From: an uncultured delta proteobacterium
GTDB lineage: Bacteria > Desulfobacterota > Binatia > UBA9968
NCBI GenBank assembly: GCA_963771465.1
Contig: CAVYTU010000017.1
Location: forward strand, 672,001-736,000
DNA: 64,000 nt
Direction of reading: 5' to 3'
Part shown: positions 19,625 through 28,904 of the stretch, piece after piece
Position numbering within the stretch: the first letter of the stretch is position 1
How the letters are laid out: every line of letters begins with the position of its first letter
Position numbers and translations under genes: made by a program
The notes under the pieces: model-generated
What the model was told of the DNA's origin: nothing
The model's database searches: none
Seen by the model: the letters and a program-made list of their open reading frames with translations, nothing else

Positions 19625-20128
19625 ATGAATCGAAAGATCGGTGAGCGCTTTCCCGACTTCGAACTACCGGATCACGAGAATCAGTCAGTTAAGCTTTCTG
19701 AGTTGGTTGGTAAGTTTCCGTTTATCCTGACCTTCTATCGCGGCTACTGGTGAGGAAAGTGCCAGGTGCAGTTGCGCCATTACGTCGAGTTTCAAGAAGA
19801 GCTGGCGATCAATTACTGTAAACTAGCGGTGGTCAGTGTCGATGCGCCGGAAGTGAACGATGCGTTTCGTACCGGCCTGCGCGCCGAGTTCCCGTTTCTG
19901 AGCGACCAGGATCGTAAGGTCGTGAAACTGCTCGACATGACCGAGACTTCCAAGAGCAAAGGGGTGACCGCCATGCCGCATACTTTTGCCCTGTTGCCGG
20001 ATTTAACGATTCATAATCTGTACAACGGGTACTGGTATTTGGGCCGGCCGACGTTGGCTGAATTGCGCGCCGACCTGCGCGCCATGTTGCGCAAAGTGCG
20101 CCCCGATTTCATGGGACCGGTCGGATAG
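19625..20128 (+). CDS. Peroxiredoxin/AhpC-TSA-like redoxin, probable selenoprotein (TGA at 19751-19753, codon 43)
   Basis: GGAGG RBS; MNRKIGERFPDFELPDHENQSVKLSELVGKFPFILTFYRGYW-TGA-GKCQVQL in frame with the track ORF 19766-20128 (VVSVD, FPFLSD). Confidence 0.88.
19765..19778 (+). promoter_or_regulatory. Candidate bacterial SECIS hairpin GGUGC-AGUU-GCGCC
   Basis: 5-bp stem; loop begins 16 nt after UGA and carries AGU. Confidence 0.55.
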
Positions 20129-20187
20129 ATGTACGGTGCGAATTCGTAGCAGTTGAAAGCACCGTGGCGAACCGGTAAGATTTTTTC

Positions 20188-20442
20188 ATGATTAGCCCGG
20201 ATGAAATTAAATCGACGCTATCGAAGGGACTGCCGGTTTCGGTAGTCGAAACCCAGGATCTCACCGGCGGCGGCGACCATTGGCAGGTCATCATCGTGTC
20301 ACCGGCGTTTGAAGGCAAAGGATTGGTGGAGCAGCACCGCATGGTCAACGAAGTGCTCAAGGAGCCGTTAGCCGATCAGCGCATTCACGCATTATCGCTC
20401 AAAACGTATAGTCCGGCCCAGTGGGATAAACTCGGTTCCTAA
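20188..20442 (+). CDS. BolA/IbaG-family protein
   Basis: GGGDHW, SPAFEGKGLVEQHRMV, IHALSLKT. Confidence 0.93.
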   Translation: MISPDEIKSTLSKGLPVSVVETQDLTGGGDHWQVIIVSPAFEGKGLVEQHRMVNEVLKEPLADQRIHALSLKTYSPAQWDKLGS

Positions 20443-20476
20443 AAAGCTAGAGGCACCGCAAAAAGGAGAATTTGCT

Positions 20477-20800
20477 ATGGCAGATGAAGTGTTGAGCCAA
20501 ATTGAGGAGAAGGTAAAGAACAACAAAGTCATGCTCTACATGAAGGGCACGGCTGATTTTCCCCAGTGCGGCTTTTCAGCGCACACGGTGGAAATTCTAA
20601 AATCCTACGGGTTTCCGTTCGCCACCGACGACGTGCTCGCTAACCCGGCGGTGCGGGAAGGGATCAAGCGATACTCTAATTGGCCGACTATTCCGCAGGT
20701 TTATATTGACGGAAAATTTGTCGGCGGTTGCGACATTGTGCATGAGTTGCATGAACGCGGTGAGCTCGAGCCGATACTTAAAGCGGCCTTCGAAAAGTAA
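20477..20800 (+). CDS. grxD: Monothiol glutaredoxin Grx4
   Basis: MKGT..FPQCGFS, SNWPTIPQ, GGCD. Confidence 0.95.
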   Translation: MADEVLSQIEEKVKNNKVMLYMKGTADFPQCGFSAHTVEILKSYGFPFATDDVLANPAVREGIKRYSNWPTIPQVYIDGKFVGGCDIVHELHERGELEPILKAAFEK

Positions 20801-20805
20801 ACAAT

Positions 20806-20838
20806 AGGCCCCGGATCGTTAAGATTCGGGGCCTTTTT
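20806..20838 (+). terminator. Rho-independent terminator
   Basis: AGGCCCCGGATC-loop-GATTCGGGGCCT followed by T-tract. Confidence 0.8.
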
Positions 20839-20867
20839 GCGTCTAATGCTCAGGGAGATCGATCGCC

Positions 20868-21266
20868 ATGAAAAAGAAATTATTCGTTGTCTATTTCACC
20901 TTGATATTGGCGTTGGTGAGCTCCTGCGGTTCGCTTGGCCGTTTTGCCGCACGCGATAATTTTGAGCAGGGCATGGCGCTATTTAATCAGGGCCGTTTTG
21001 CCGCTTCGATTCCATACTTTGAAGATGCCACACACGACGATCCTAATTACGCCCCGGCCTATCTTTATCTCGGCCGCGCGTTGATCAGCCAGAGCAACTG
21101 GCGCGCGGCGATCCAGCCGTTGCGCACGGCGTTCCGGCTTTCACCGAGGGACGCGCAGGAAGAGATTGTCAATTTGATCATCGACGCCGGGTTTGCCGCG
21201 GCGCTGAATGATTTCCAATTGGGCGATAGGATAGGGCCGCCGAGCCGTTCGAAAGAAATTCTCTAG
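20868..21266 (+). CDS. TPR-repeat lipoprotein
   Basis: VSSC lipobox; TPR pattern (DPNYAPAYLYLGRAL). Confidence 0.8.
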   Translation: MKKKLFVVYFTLILALVSSCGSLGRFAARDNFEQGMALFNQGRFAASIPYFEDATHDDPNYAPAYLYLGRALISQSNWRAAIQPLRTAFRLSPRDAQEEIVNLIIDAGFAAALNDFQLGDRIGPPSRSKEIL

Positions 21267-21348
21267 TTTATCCGCGTCGCGCCGGTGAGCGTCGTTGTTC
21301 GGCGCAACGTTGACTATCAATTCCAAGAAAACGAGGTGGAGTTTGCTG

Positions 21349-22072
21349 ATGCAATTTGCGCTGATCGTGTCTTTTTTGCTGGCGGCGACGGAGCCGGCTT
21401 CGGCCCAGTGGGACAAGATGTTGAAAGGGTTGGGGAGCAATATGCCGAGCGTCGGCGCGGTGAGCGATGTTAAAATCGGTTCCGGACTGCAAGAGGCACT
21501 TAAGGTCGGTACGGAGAATGCAGTGACTCAAACCGGCACGGCGGACGGTTTTTTGCTAAACAAGGCGATCAAGATTCTGATGCCCAAAACGTTGCAGAAT
21601 ATCGAAAAGCCGCCTCAGTTTGGTCGGCTATGGGCCGCAGATCGATGAGTTTGTCGTCGGCATGAACCGCGCCGCGGAAAAGGCGGTGCCGTTTGCCAAG
21701 GAAATTTTCTGGGATGCCATCGGCGCGATGACTTTCGACGACGCCAGGAAGATTCTCAACGGCAGCGACACCGCGGCCACCGACTATTTCAAGTCGAAGA
21801 CCACCAAGAAGTTGCAGGCGGCGTTCCTGCCTTCGGTGACGGACGTAATGGATCAAGTGGGCGTGAATCGCCAATACAACGATCTGATCGGGAAATACAA
21901 AGACGTGCCGTTCTCGCGAAGCGTTACGTTCGATGTCAACCAGTATGTAACGGAAAAAGCGACCGACGGGATTTTCTTCGTTGTCGGTCAGGAAGAGAAA
22001 AAGATCAGAACTAACCCGGCGGCAAGGGTGACGGATTTGCTCCAAGAAGTGTTCGGCAGTCGAAAAAGATAG
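21349..22072 (+). CDS. DUF4197-family exported protein, split by a +1 frameshift near 21613
   Basis: GLQEALKVG...[13 protein letters not shown] and MNRAAEKA...[17 protein letters not shown] lie in two frames; removing one C joins them. Confidence 0.8.
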
Positions 22073-22097
22073 CTCGCCAAAATAGAATCACCAGTGA

Positions 22098-22132
22098 ATA
22101 AAAGCGGCGAATGGCATTCACCCATTCGCCGC
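22098..22132 (-). terminator. Rho-independent terminator between convergent genes
   Basis: GCGGCGAATGG/CCATTCGCCGC 11-bp stem with TTTTAT tail on the minus strand. Confidence 0.75.
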
Positions 22133-22161
22133 GTCAATTTTAAGACTCGATAGCACACCGG

Positions 22162-22887
22162 TCAGTTCGCCAGCGAAGCCATCAGTCGGCCGAAACCGCT
22201 GACTTGCTGTTTCACCTTGGCCATTTTCAGCGCGTGCCAGATGTAAGCCTGGCAGCTGGTGACGACGGGTTTGCCGATTTCATTCTCAAGCAAGTCAACA
22301 TCGGTGATTGTCGGCCAGCGCGGGCAGGGAACGAAGACGCCGTCGGCTTCGCGAGATTGCTCATAAAGCCGCTTGGCGATTTTATAAGCGGCGTGTTCGT
22401 CCATGTCGGTCAAGTCGGCGTTCTTGCGCACGCCATAGCCCTGGATTTTCAGCACTTTGAAGCCTGATGCTTCGAGAAAGGCCTTCATGCGCTCGTTGAG
22501 CGTGTCTTCGTGCGGCGTGGCGACGACGAGCTTCTTGAGGCCGAGCGACTTGAGCGCTTCGATCTCACCAGTGATGCCGGGGGAAACCGGCACGCCGTAC
22601 TTGTCGGTCAAACGTTTGCCCATTTCCGTGTCGCTGCCGTAGCCGAGCTTGGTAAACAGCGGCGAGCCGCCGATGATCACCGAGTCGCATTTGTTGTCGA
22701 CTAAATCGGCGGCCGCTTCTTCAATCCGTTGCAGCTGTCGTTCCAAATCGGCATCGACTAATTGCCTGATCGTTCCCGTGCTGTTGAGAATCATGAAGCC
22801 GGTCGGCATCATTTGATAAAATTCATAAACCAAAGTGTCGCCCCGCGATGGCGCCACGTGGCCGATTCTTACTCTCCAACCATACAT
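22162..22887 (-). CDS. Arylmalonate decarboxylase / maleate isomerase (Asp/Glu racemase superfamily)
   Basis: RIGHVAPS, VATPH, ADGVFVPC, LENEIGKPVVTS; AAGGAGG RBS. Confidence 0.85.
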   Translation of the reverse strand: MYGWRVRIGHVAPSRGDTLVYEFYQMMPTGFMILNSTGTIRQLVDADLERQLQRIEEAAADLVDNKCDSVIIGGSPLFTKLGYGSDTEMGKRLTDKYGVPVSPGITGEIEALKSLGLKKLVVATPHEDTLNERMKAFLEASGFKVLKIQGYGVRKNADLTDMDEHAAYKIAKRLYEQSREADGVFVPCPRWPTITDVDLLENEIGKPVVTSCQAYIWHALKMAKVKQQVSGFGRLMASLAN

Positions 22888-23044
22888 TCTCTTTTCCTCC
22901 TTCGCCGTCGACGTCCAATCACTATTCCAGCACAATCTAGGAAAATCCCGACAAAGCGTCAACCGCGATGTGCCGTCGTCTTTCTCAAACTTCCGCACTA
23001 GGGTAAAAGACAGTATCGGACCACCGATCGAAGAAAGGATTACC

Positions 23045-24058
23045 ATGCGATTCGGTATTGAGTTCGGCAGCTACCCGTCTGATTTGCCGCCGGCGGAAGT
23101 GTGTCAGCAAGTTTCTCAGCGGGCGCGGGCGGCGCAGCGCAATAATTTTGAAGCATTGTTCGTGGCGCAACACTTTATCACCGGTCCGGATGCGGCGATC
23201 TTGCAGTCGCTGCCACTGTTGGCGTATTTGGCCGGCCAGGTGCCGGGCATGTACGTCGGTACGTCGATTTTTCTTTTGCCGCTGCATCACCCGGTGATGG
23301 TCGCCGAGTACTTTGCGACGCTGGACAATCTATCAGGTGGTAAAGTTCTGTTCGGCGTGGGCCAGGGATATCGCGACAGCGAGTTCAATTCCTTCGGTAT
23401 CGATAAGCGCGAGCGCCGCGGCCGATTGGTCGAAGGTTTGGAAGTGATCCGCCGGCTGTGGACCGAGGATGGCGTGACATTTCACGGAAAGTTTTTTCAC
23501 CTCGACAAAGTGTCCATGGCGCCCAAGCCGTTGCAACGTCCCGGTCCGCCGATATTGCTGGGCGCCGATGCGGTCAAAACCGTGGCGAGAGTGCCGGAAG
23601 TGGCGGATCACTGGATCGCCAGCCGGCGCCACTCGAAAACATTCTTGCGCGAAGCCGTGCCGGCGTACAAAACCGCGTTGGAGCGGCACGGCCGGCCGTA
23701 TAAAGGCTTGTTCATTTTTCGCGATCTTTGCATCGCCGATAGTACTCGTGAAGCGGAGCAGCGTATACGCGAGGGCTACGAGCGGCGTTATCTGCGTTAT
23801 CAGCAATGGGGACAGCCGGGCGAACGCTATGATCTCAAGTTCGAAGAGCTGATGCGCGACCGTCTGATACTCGGCAGCCCGTCCGAAGTCGTCGAGCAGG
23901 TGATGGCTTATCACGAGGAATTCGGCGCTGAGGTGATGTGGTTCATGGTCGACTGGCCGGGCATGGACCCGCGCTTTACGTTGGAAACTATCGAGCGCTT
24001 CGGCGCCGAGGTGATTCCTCAAATCAATCGGTTAACGCGGCCATGTCCGCTGCTGTAA
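23045..24058 (+). CDS. LLM-class (luciferase-like) oxidoreductase
   Basis: LPLHHPVMVAE, LDNLSGG, GVGQGYR..EF, PKPLQRP. Confidence 0.92.
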   Translation: MRFGIEFGSYPSDLPPAEVCQQVSQRARAAQRNNFEALFVAQHFITGPDAAILQSLPLLAYLAGQVPGMYVGTSIFLLPLHHPVMVAEYFATLDNLSGGKVLFGVGQGYRDSEFNSFGIDKRERRGRLVEGLEVIRRLWTEDGVTFHGKFFHLDKVSMAPKPLQRPGPPILLGADAVKTVARVPEVADHWIASRRHSKTFLREAVPAYKTALERHGRPYKGLFIFRDLCIADSTREAEQRIREGYERRYLRYQQWGQPGERYDLKFEELMRDRLILGSPSEVVEQVMAYHEEFGAEVMWFMVDWPGMDPRFTLETIERFGAEVIPQINRLTRPCPLL

Positions 24059-24234
24059 TTTAACGATGTGAATAATCAGTGCTGAGTCTGAATTGAGCGA
24101 GCGGCGTAAATCGTTTGACCGTTTGGCAGTGATTTCATTGGAATTTCATCGGTTTTGTTGTCACCGAGTAAACCGCTGTGATAGAAAAATAGTTTCGCGA
24201 CTGAATTATGCCTAACGCTGGAGGGGAGTTTTAA

Positions 24235-25458
24235 ATGCAACAGGAAGTATTAGAACAAGTAGATCGCGATCGGCTCGTCGAAGTGGCGTGTAACTTGGCA
24301 AATATCGTCAGCATTACCGGCGACGAAGAAAACGTCGCCAAGTATCTCGGCAGCGAGTTTGAAAAGCTCGGCATGCAAGTCGAGTATCAATACGTCGAAG
24401 ACGGCCGGCCCAATGTCGTCGGCAGACTCAAAGGCACGGGCGGCGGCGCGACTTTGATGTTCAACGCGCATATGGACCACTTCGATAATCCCCAAGAAAC
24501 CGTCGTCGATGAAGACCGCATCTATGGCCGCGGTTTGGTCAATATGAAAGCGGCGTTTCCCTGCTATATCGAAGCGGTGGCGGCGCTGCAAAGGGCCGAC
24601 GTGAAACTCAAGGGCGATTTGATCATCGCCGGTGTCGTTGGCGAGATCGAGAAGGCGCAGGTCGGCAGATTTCACGGCAAAGAATATCGCGGCGCAGGCG
24701 TCGGCGCGCGTTACTTGATGGACCATGGCGTGATGGCCGATATGTGCATCATCGGCGAGCCCACCGGTTTACAGCTTCAGATCGGCAACGCCGGGTTGCT
24801 CTGGGCCAAAGTGAGCGTCGACGGCAAAGCGACGAAGTTCGTTCTCGCCGCCTGCAAAGTCGCCCAGGCGATCCAAGATTGGGAAAAGGAATATCAGCGC
24901 AAAAACCCGCATAAGTTTATGCTGCCCACGGTGCAGATCGGCGCCATCGACGGCGGCAATGCGTTCAAACCCGGCACGCGGCCGACCACCGATATCTTTG
25001 TCATCGTCAAAATGCTTCCTGACGCGGTGCCCTTGGCGATCAAGCGCGATATCGAAGCGGTTTGCGAGAGAGTTCGCAAACGTGAGAGCGACATTCTCGA
25101 CATCCGCGTCGATCTCTATCTCACTACGCCGGGCTATGAGGTTTCAAAAAGTGAGCCGTTGGTGAAGGTGATGGAGAGCGCGCACAAAACCGTATTCAAA
25201 GCGCCGGTGCCTTACGCCAAGCCGATCCGTTACGGCATCACCAGCGACGGCTCGCGCATCGCGCAATACGGCGTGCCGGCAATCACTTACGGCCCCGGCT
25301 TTGGCACCCATCTGGTTGATCCGACTGAGACCAAAGCGGGAGAAGAATGGGATTCGCCCACGGGCGTGCGCCGTGGCGTCGGTATTACCAACATGGAGAA
25401 CTGCACGAAGGTTTACGCCATGGCCGCGCTCGATATCTGCAATCGGAAGAAAAGCTAA
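24235..25458 (+). CDS. M20/ArgE-family amidohydrolase with atypical motifs
   Basis: GRPNVVG, FNAHMD, IYGRGLVNMK, IIGEPT, YGPG. Confidence 0.85.
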   Translation: MQQEVLEQVDRDRLVEVACNLANIVSITGDEENVAKYLGSEFEKLGMQVEYQYVEDGRPNVVGRLKGTGGGATLMFNAHMDHFDNPQETVVDEDRIYGRGLVNMKAAFPCYIEAVAALQRADVKLKGDLIIAGVVGEIEKAQVGRFHGKEYRGAGVGARYLMDHGVMADMCIIGEPTGLQLQIGNAGLLWAKVSVDGKATKFVLAACKVAQAIQDWEKEYQRKNPHKFMLPTVQIGAIDGGNAFKPGTRPTTDIFVIVKMLPDAVPLAIKRDIEAVCERVRKRESDILDIRVDLYLTTPGYEVSKSEPLVKVMESAHKTVFKAPVPYAKPIRYGITSDGSRIAQYGVPAITYGPGFGTHLVDPTETKAGEEWDSPTGVRRGVGITNMENCTKVYAMAALDICNRKKS

Positions 25459-25534
25459 TGGAGAATGGAGAATGTCGGATGTTGCTAGGGCGGGGAGTTC
25501 GAGTTTTTTAATTTTCCATTATCCATTATCAATT
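25457..25534. repeat. Inverted heptamer tandem-repeat element
   Basis: (AATGGAG)2AATG ... (ATTTTCC)(ATTATCC)(ATTATCA). Confidence 0.6.
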
Positions 25535-25541
25535 TATTCCT

Positions 25542-26423
25542 ATGGATCTCACCTTCGCGCACTATCGTAACCGTTTCTGCATGTTTCGCACTTACTACGC
25601 GTTGGCGGTTGGTAAGGTTAAAGCGAACGGCATCAACGTGAAAGTGATCGAGCTGCCTGATCCGCCGAGTAAGGAGCAGGAAGAGGCATTGATACGCGGC
25701 GACGTGCAGGCGGCGAATTTATATTTGCCGAATTTTCTCCGGCGCAAGCTGCAAGGTGCGCCGATTCTCGGTCTCGCCACCGAGTGGAAGTCGACGATGA
25801 AGGGCAACGGCGTCTTCGTGCTCGCCGACGGGCCGGTGAAAACCCCGAAAGACTTGGAAGGACGGCTCATCGCCACCCATCAGGGCATGCACGCCATTCA
25901 CAAGTACTTGTTACGCCGCGCGTATGGCCTTGATGACGAGAAGCTGCGCTGGGAAGGGCAGCCGCAGGAAAAGCTCCTCGACGCGCTGCAAAGCGGCAAA
26001 GCCGATGCGGTGGTGTTGCTCGATCAGTTTTTCTTTCGCGGCGAGGTCGCGCCGGGAGTGCGTTGTTTGTACACCGACGGCGAGGCGTGGCAAAAGCTCA
26101 CCGGCTTCGACGAGATGATCAAACATATGGTGGCGGCGCGGGAGGATTTGTTGCGCGATTATCCCGGCATTAAAGACACGCTGCTCAGAGCATTTCGCGA
26201 GTCCTTCGCTTACAGTGAAGCGAACTTAGAAGAAGTCGCCGACGCGTTTCTGGCGCGCTATGAAGGCGACCGGGAAGCGTTGCTCGCGTCGGCGCGTTAT
26301 CCGCGCATCGAGTTCACTTTCACCGAGAGAGAACAGCGGCTCGCCCAGGCGGAGATGCAGTTGCTCTTCGACGTCGGACAGATTCCGCGCATGGCGCCGA
26401 TCGCATCGATGTTTGCGCAATAA
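25542..26423 (+). CDS. PBP-II-fold protein without signal peptide (MqnA/MqnD/NMT1-like)
   Basis: PKDLEGRLIAT, ALQSGKADA; no hydrophobic leader. Confidence 0.7.
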   Translation: MDLTFAHYRNRFCMFRTYYALAVGKVKANGINVKVIELPDPPSKEQEEALIRGDVQAANLYLPNFLRRKLQGAPILGLATEWKSTMKGNGVFVLADGPVKTPKDLEGRLIATHQGMHAIHKYLLRRAYGLDDEKLRWEGQPQEKLLDALQSGKADAVVLLDQFFFRGEVAPGVRCLYTDGEAWQKLTGFDEMIKHMVAAREDLLRDYPGIKDTLLRAFRESFAYSEANLEEVADAFLARYEGDREALLASARYPRIEFTFTEREQRLAQAEMQLLFDVGQIPRMAPIASMFAQ

Positions 26424-26433
26424 TCTTTGCCTG

Positions 26434-27421
26434 ATGTTCGATACGCACTATCGCTGGCGCATCGGCGTCGAACGGTTGGGCCAACGCGCCGGCGTGTTGC
26501 TTTGTTATTTTATGATCGCCTCGTGCTCCACCGTTACCCGCAGCGATGATGCGGCACCCTTGCGCCAAACCGCCGGTTTGATCGAGGATGTAAAAGCGTT
26601 CGGCAAAACCCTCGGCATCGAACCGACGGACGCGTTGCGCCGGACCTCTCAAGATGCGCCGACCTTGTCGATGCTCTGGTTGTGGATGCAGCGCGAGGGG
26701 ACTTTGGCGCTCAGCGCTCCGGTCGACATTCGTCTCGCGATCGGTCTCAATATCGAAAAAGAAACGCCGAAACTGGAGCAAGTCTATCGTGTCGACGGTT
26801 ACAGCGTGTATCACCGTCAAGGCAACGAATTCGGCGATCCGCGTTCGGTGGCGACCAAAGGTTTCGCCGAAGAGCCTCTGGTGCGGCGGGTCAAAGTGAT
26901 TCTCCATGAAGACCTGCACGGCGACGTCAATTTTGCGTTGCCGTGGGAAATCGAAGAGGCGATTGTCACGCCGCTAGGGTCTCTCGCCGCCGTCGAATAC
27001 TTTCGCCACAAGGGCGATGAGAAGGGTTGCGCCAACGCCATAAGCTCGGTGGCTGAGGAGCGCACGCTCTCGCGGGAGTTGATGGCGCTGGTCTCTCAAG
27101 CCGAGAAAATTTTTGCGGCGGAAAGCGTCAGATAATGCCAAGCAGAGGGTTTTGGATCTGTTGCCGAGCTTTGCCAATTACCAGCGTCGGTTCAACTACG
27201 AAACGCGCGATCAGCATGGCCCGACTGTCGTCGAGGCCAAGCTGAGCCACGATCTCGCCTACTATCGCTACTTTGATCGGATCGCGGAGCTCGCCGAGAA
27301 GGCGCCGAGCTTGCGGACTTTGATAGAAGATTTTAAGCGATTGCCGCAAGACTCGACGCCGGCGGCCATGGAAAAACTTTTACACGAACTACACGCCAAG
27401 TACGGCGCGGGTACAAAATAA
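26434..27421 (+). CDS. Putative zinc metallopeptidase (HExxH) lipoprotein, split by a +1 frameshift near 27130
   Basis: IASC lipobox-like; LHEDLH followed by IEEA; deleting A27130 joins ORFs 26260-27135 and 27113-27421. Confidence 0.6.
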
Positions 27422-27598
27422 CCTCGTCACGAACGTTTAAACCCGCAAGATCGTTAAAGCGGCTTTGCGAGTTTGGCTCGAAGGCGAAGAATCGTTACTG
27501 AAGCGTGGAGCATGGTGAGTCTAGAATCTCCACGCACCATTACACCTGACTATTTTTGCCTGCATCAGAGTTCAATTTAGCGCCGAGTTCTTTCGTCA

Positions 27599-28834
27599 AT
27601 GTCTCCATCCTCACCTCCTAAACCTAGCGCGCAGGGTCTGAGCGCGCTTTACGTTAGCACGTTTTTGTCCGGCGCTTGGGCGATGATCATTCCCACGATA
27701 CCGGTGTTGGCGCGCGAGTTCGACGTGTCGGCCGGCGCCTCGGCGCAGGTCATTACCGGGTTCGCTTTTGGTAAAATGGCCGGCACGGTGATCGGCGGCG
27801 TACTGCTCGATCGCAAAGGGACGCGTTTCGGATTAATCGGTTCTGCCGCGGTCGCGTCGATTGCGGCATTCGGCGCCGTGTTTACGCCATGGTTTTTGTT
27901 GCTGGTGTTGCTGGCATTTGTGCTAGGGGCCACCGATACGCTGGGCTCGGTGGCACGAGAGATCGCCGCCATCGATCAAGCGCCCAGCAATCAGCGGGGG
28001 CGGATCATCAGTAGTTTGCACGGCACCCATACCATCGGCGCGGCGTTGTGTCCGTTTGTCGGCGGCTGGTTGACCGAGTTGTTTAATTACAAAGCGGCGT
28101 TTCTCGGCTACGCGGTCTTTAGTGTGATGTCCATTTTCTTAGCCATGCTCGTGGCCGACTCGCCGGGAGAAGCTCACGAGAAGTCAGCGCACGGTGGCGC
28201 GAAAGGCTGGGGCTTGGCGGGGTTACAAAAGAGGGTCGTCGGCCTCGCCGATCTCTACCGGGAAATCCGGCCGGATTTGCGCTCGACTTATGGCTCCATC
28301 GTATTTGCGACTATGGTTAATCAATCGCAACGAATTATCGTCCAGAGCATGCTGCCGCTCTACGCGGTGCGCTACTTGGACCTATCACCGAGCCAAGTCG
28401 GCATGCTTTTTACGATTTCCGGCGCTGTGGTTTTCGCCATGATGATCCCCGCCGGATTCGTCATGGATCGCGTCGGTCGCAAATGGTGCACGGTGCCGAG
28501 CACCGCCATGCCCGCGCTAACGTTTCTTTTGATTCCGCTGACCACTAGCTTCATTCAACTGGCGTTATTGATCGGCATCTCGGGGGTCGCCCAGGGATTG
28601 TCGCTCGGTTCGTTAGCGACTTCCACCTACGATGTCGTGCCGGCGCATGTGCGCGGCCGTCTGCAAGCGCTCAGGCGCACGGTTGCCGAGTTGGGCAGCG
28701 GCATGGCGCCGCTGATCGGCGGCTATCTGGCGAACAGTTTCAATCCCGGAGCGCCGTTTCTGGCCTACGCGCCGTTGCTGCTGCTTTCGGCGACGTTGCT
28801 TTTGTTTGTCAGTAAAGAGACGCTGGAGAAATGA
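27599..28834 (+). CDS. MFS transporter
   Basis: About 12 TMs; GVLLDRKG and GFVMDRVGRK motifs. Confidence 0.92.
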   Translation: MSPSSPPKPSAQGLSALYVSTFLSGAWAMIIPTIPVLAREFDVSAGASAQVITGFAFGKMAGTVIGGVLLDRKGTRFGLIGSAAVASIAAFGAVFTPWFLLLVLLAFVLGATDTLGSVAREIAAIDQAPSNQRGRIISSLHGTHTIGAALCPFVGGWLTELFNYKAAFLGYAVFSVMSIFLAMLVADSPGEAHEKSAHGGAKGWGLAGLQKRVVGLADLYREIRPDLRSTYGSIVFATMVNQSQRIIVQSMLPLYAVRYLDLSPSQVGMLFTISGAVVFAMMIPAGFVMDRVGRKWCTVPSTAMPALTFLLIPLTTSFIQLALLIGISGVAQGLSLGSLATSTYDVVPAHVRGRLQALRRTVAELGSGMAPLIGGYLANSFNPGAPFLAYAPLLLLSATLLLFVSKETLEK

Positions 28835-28846
28835 CCCGGCCGGTTT

Positions 28847-28875
28847 TTGACAGTCTGTTTTAAACAAGCTATGCG
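28847..28875 (+). promoter_or_regulatory. Possible sigma70 promoter with a palindrome (TGTTT-T-AAACA) in the spacer
   Basis: TTGACA at 28847, palindrome 28856-28866, weak -10. Confidence 0.35.
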
Positions 28876-28904
28876 AAGGTTAGGATGGCAAAAAGGCATC
28901 GATC

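Noticed and set aside
19751-19753. Genome-wide UGA reassignment (Trp/Gly)
   Set aside because: TGA ends many conserved genes normally (gcvT, ubiD-like, tpiA); the two internal TGAs sit at Cys positions
19766-20128. Track ORFs 19766-20128 and 50767-51012 as complete genes
   Set aside because: They lack the redoxin N-terminus and are the post-UGA parts of longer genes
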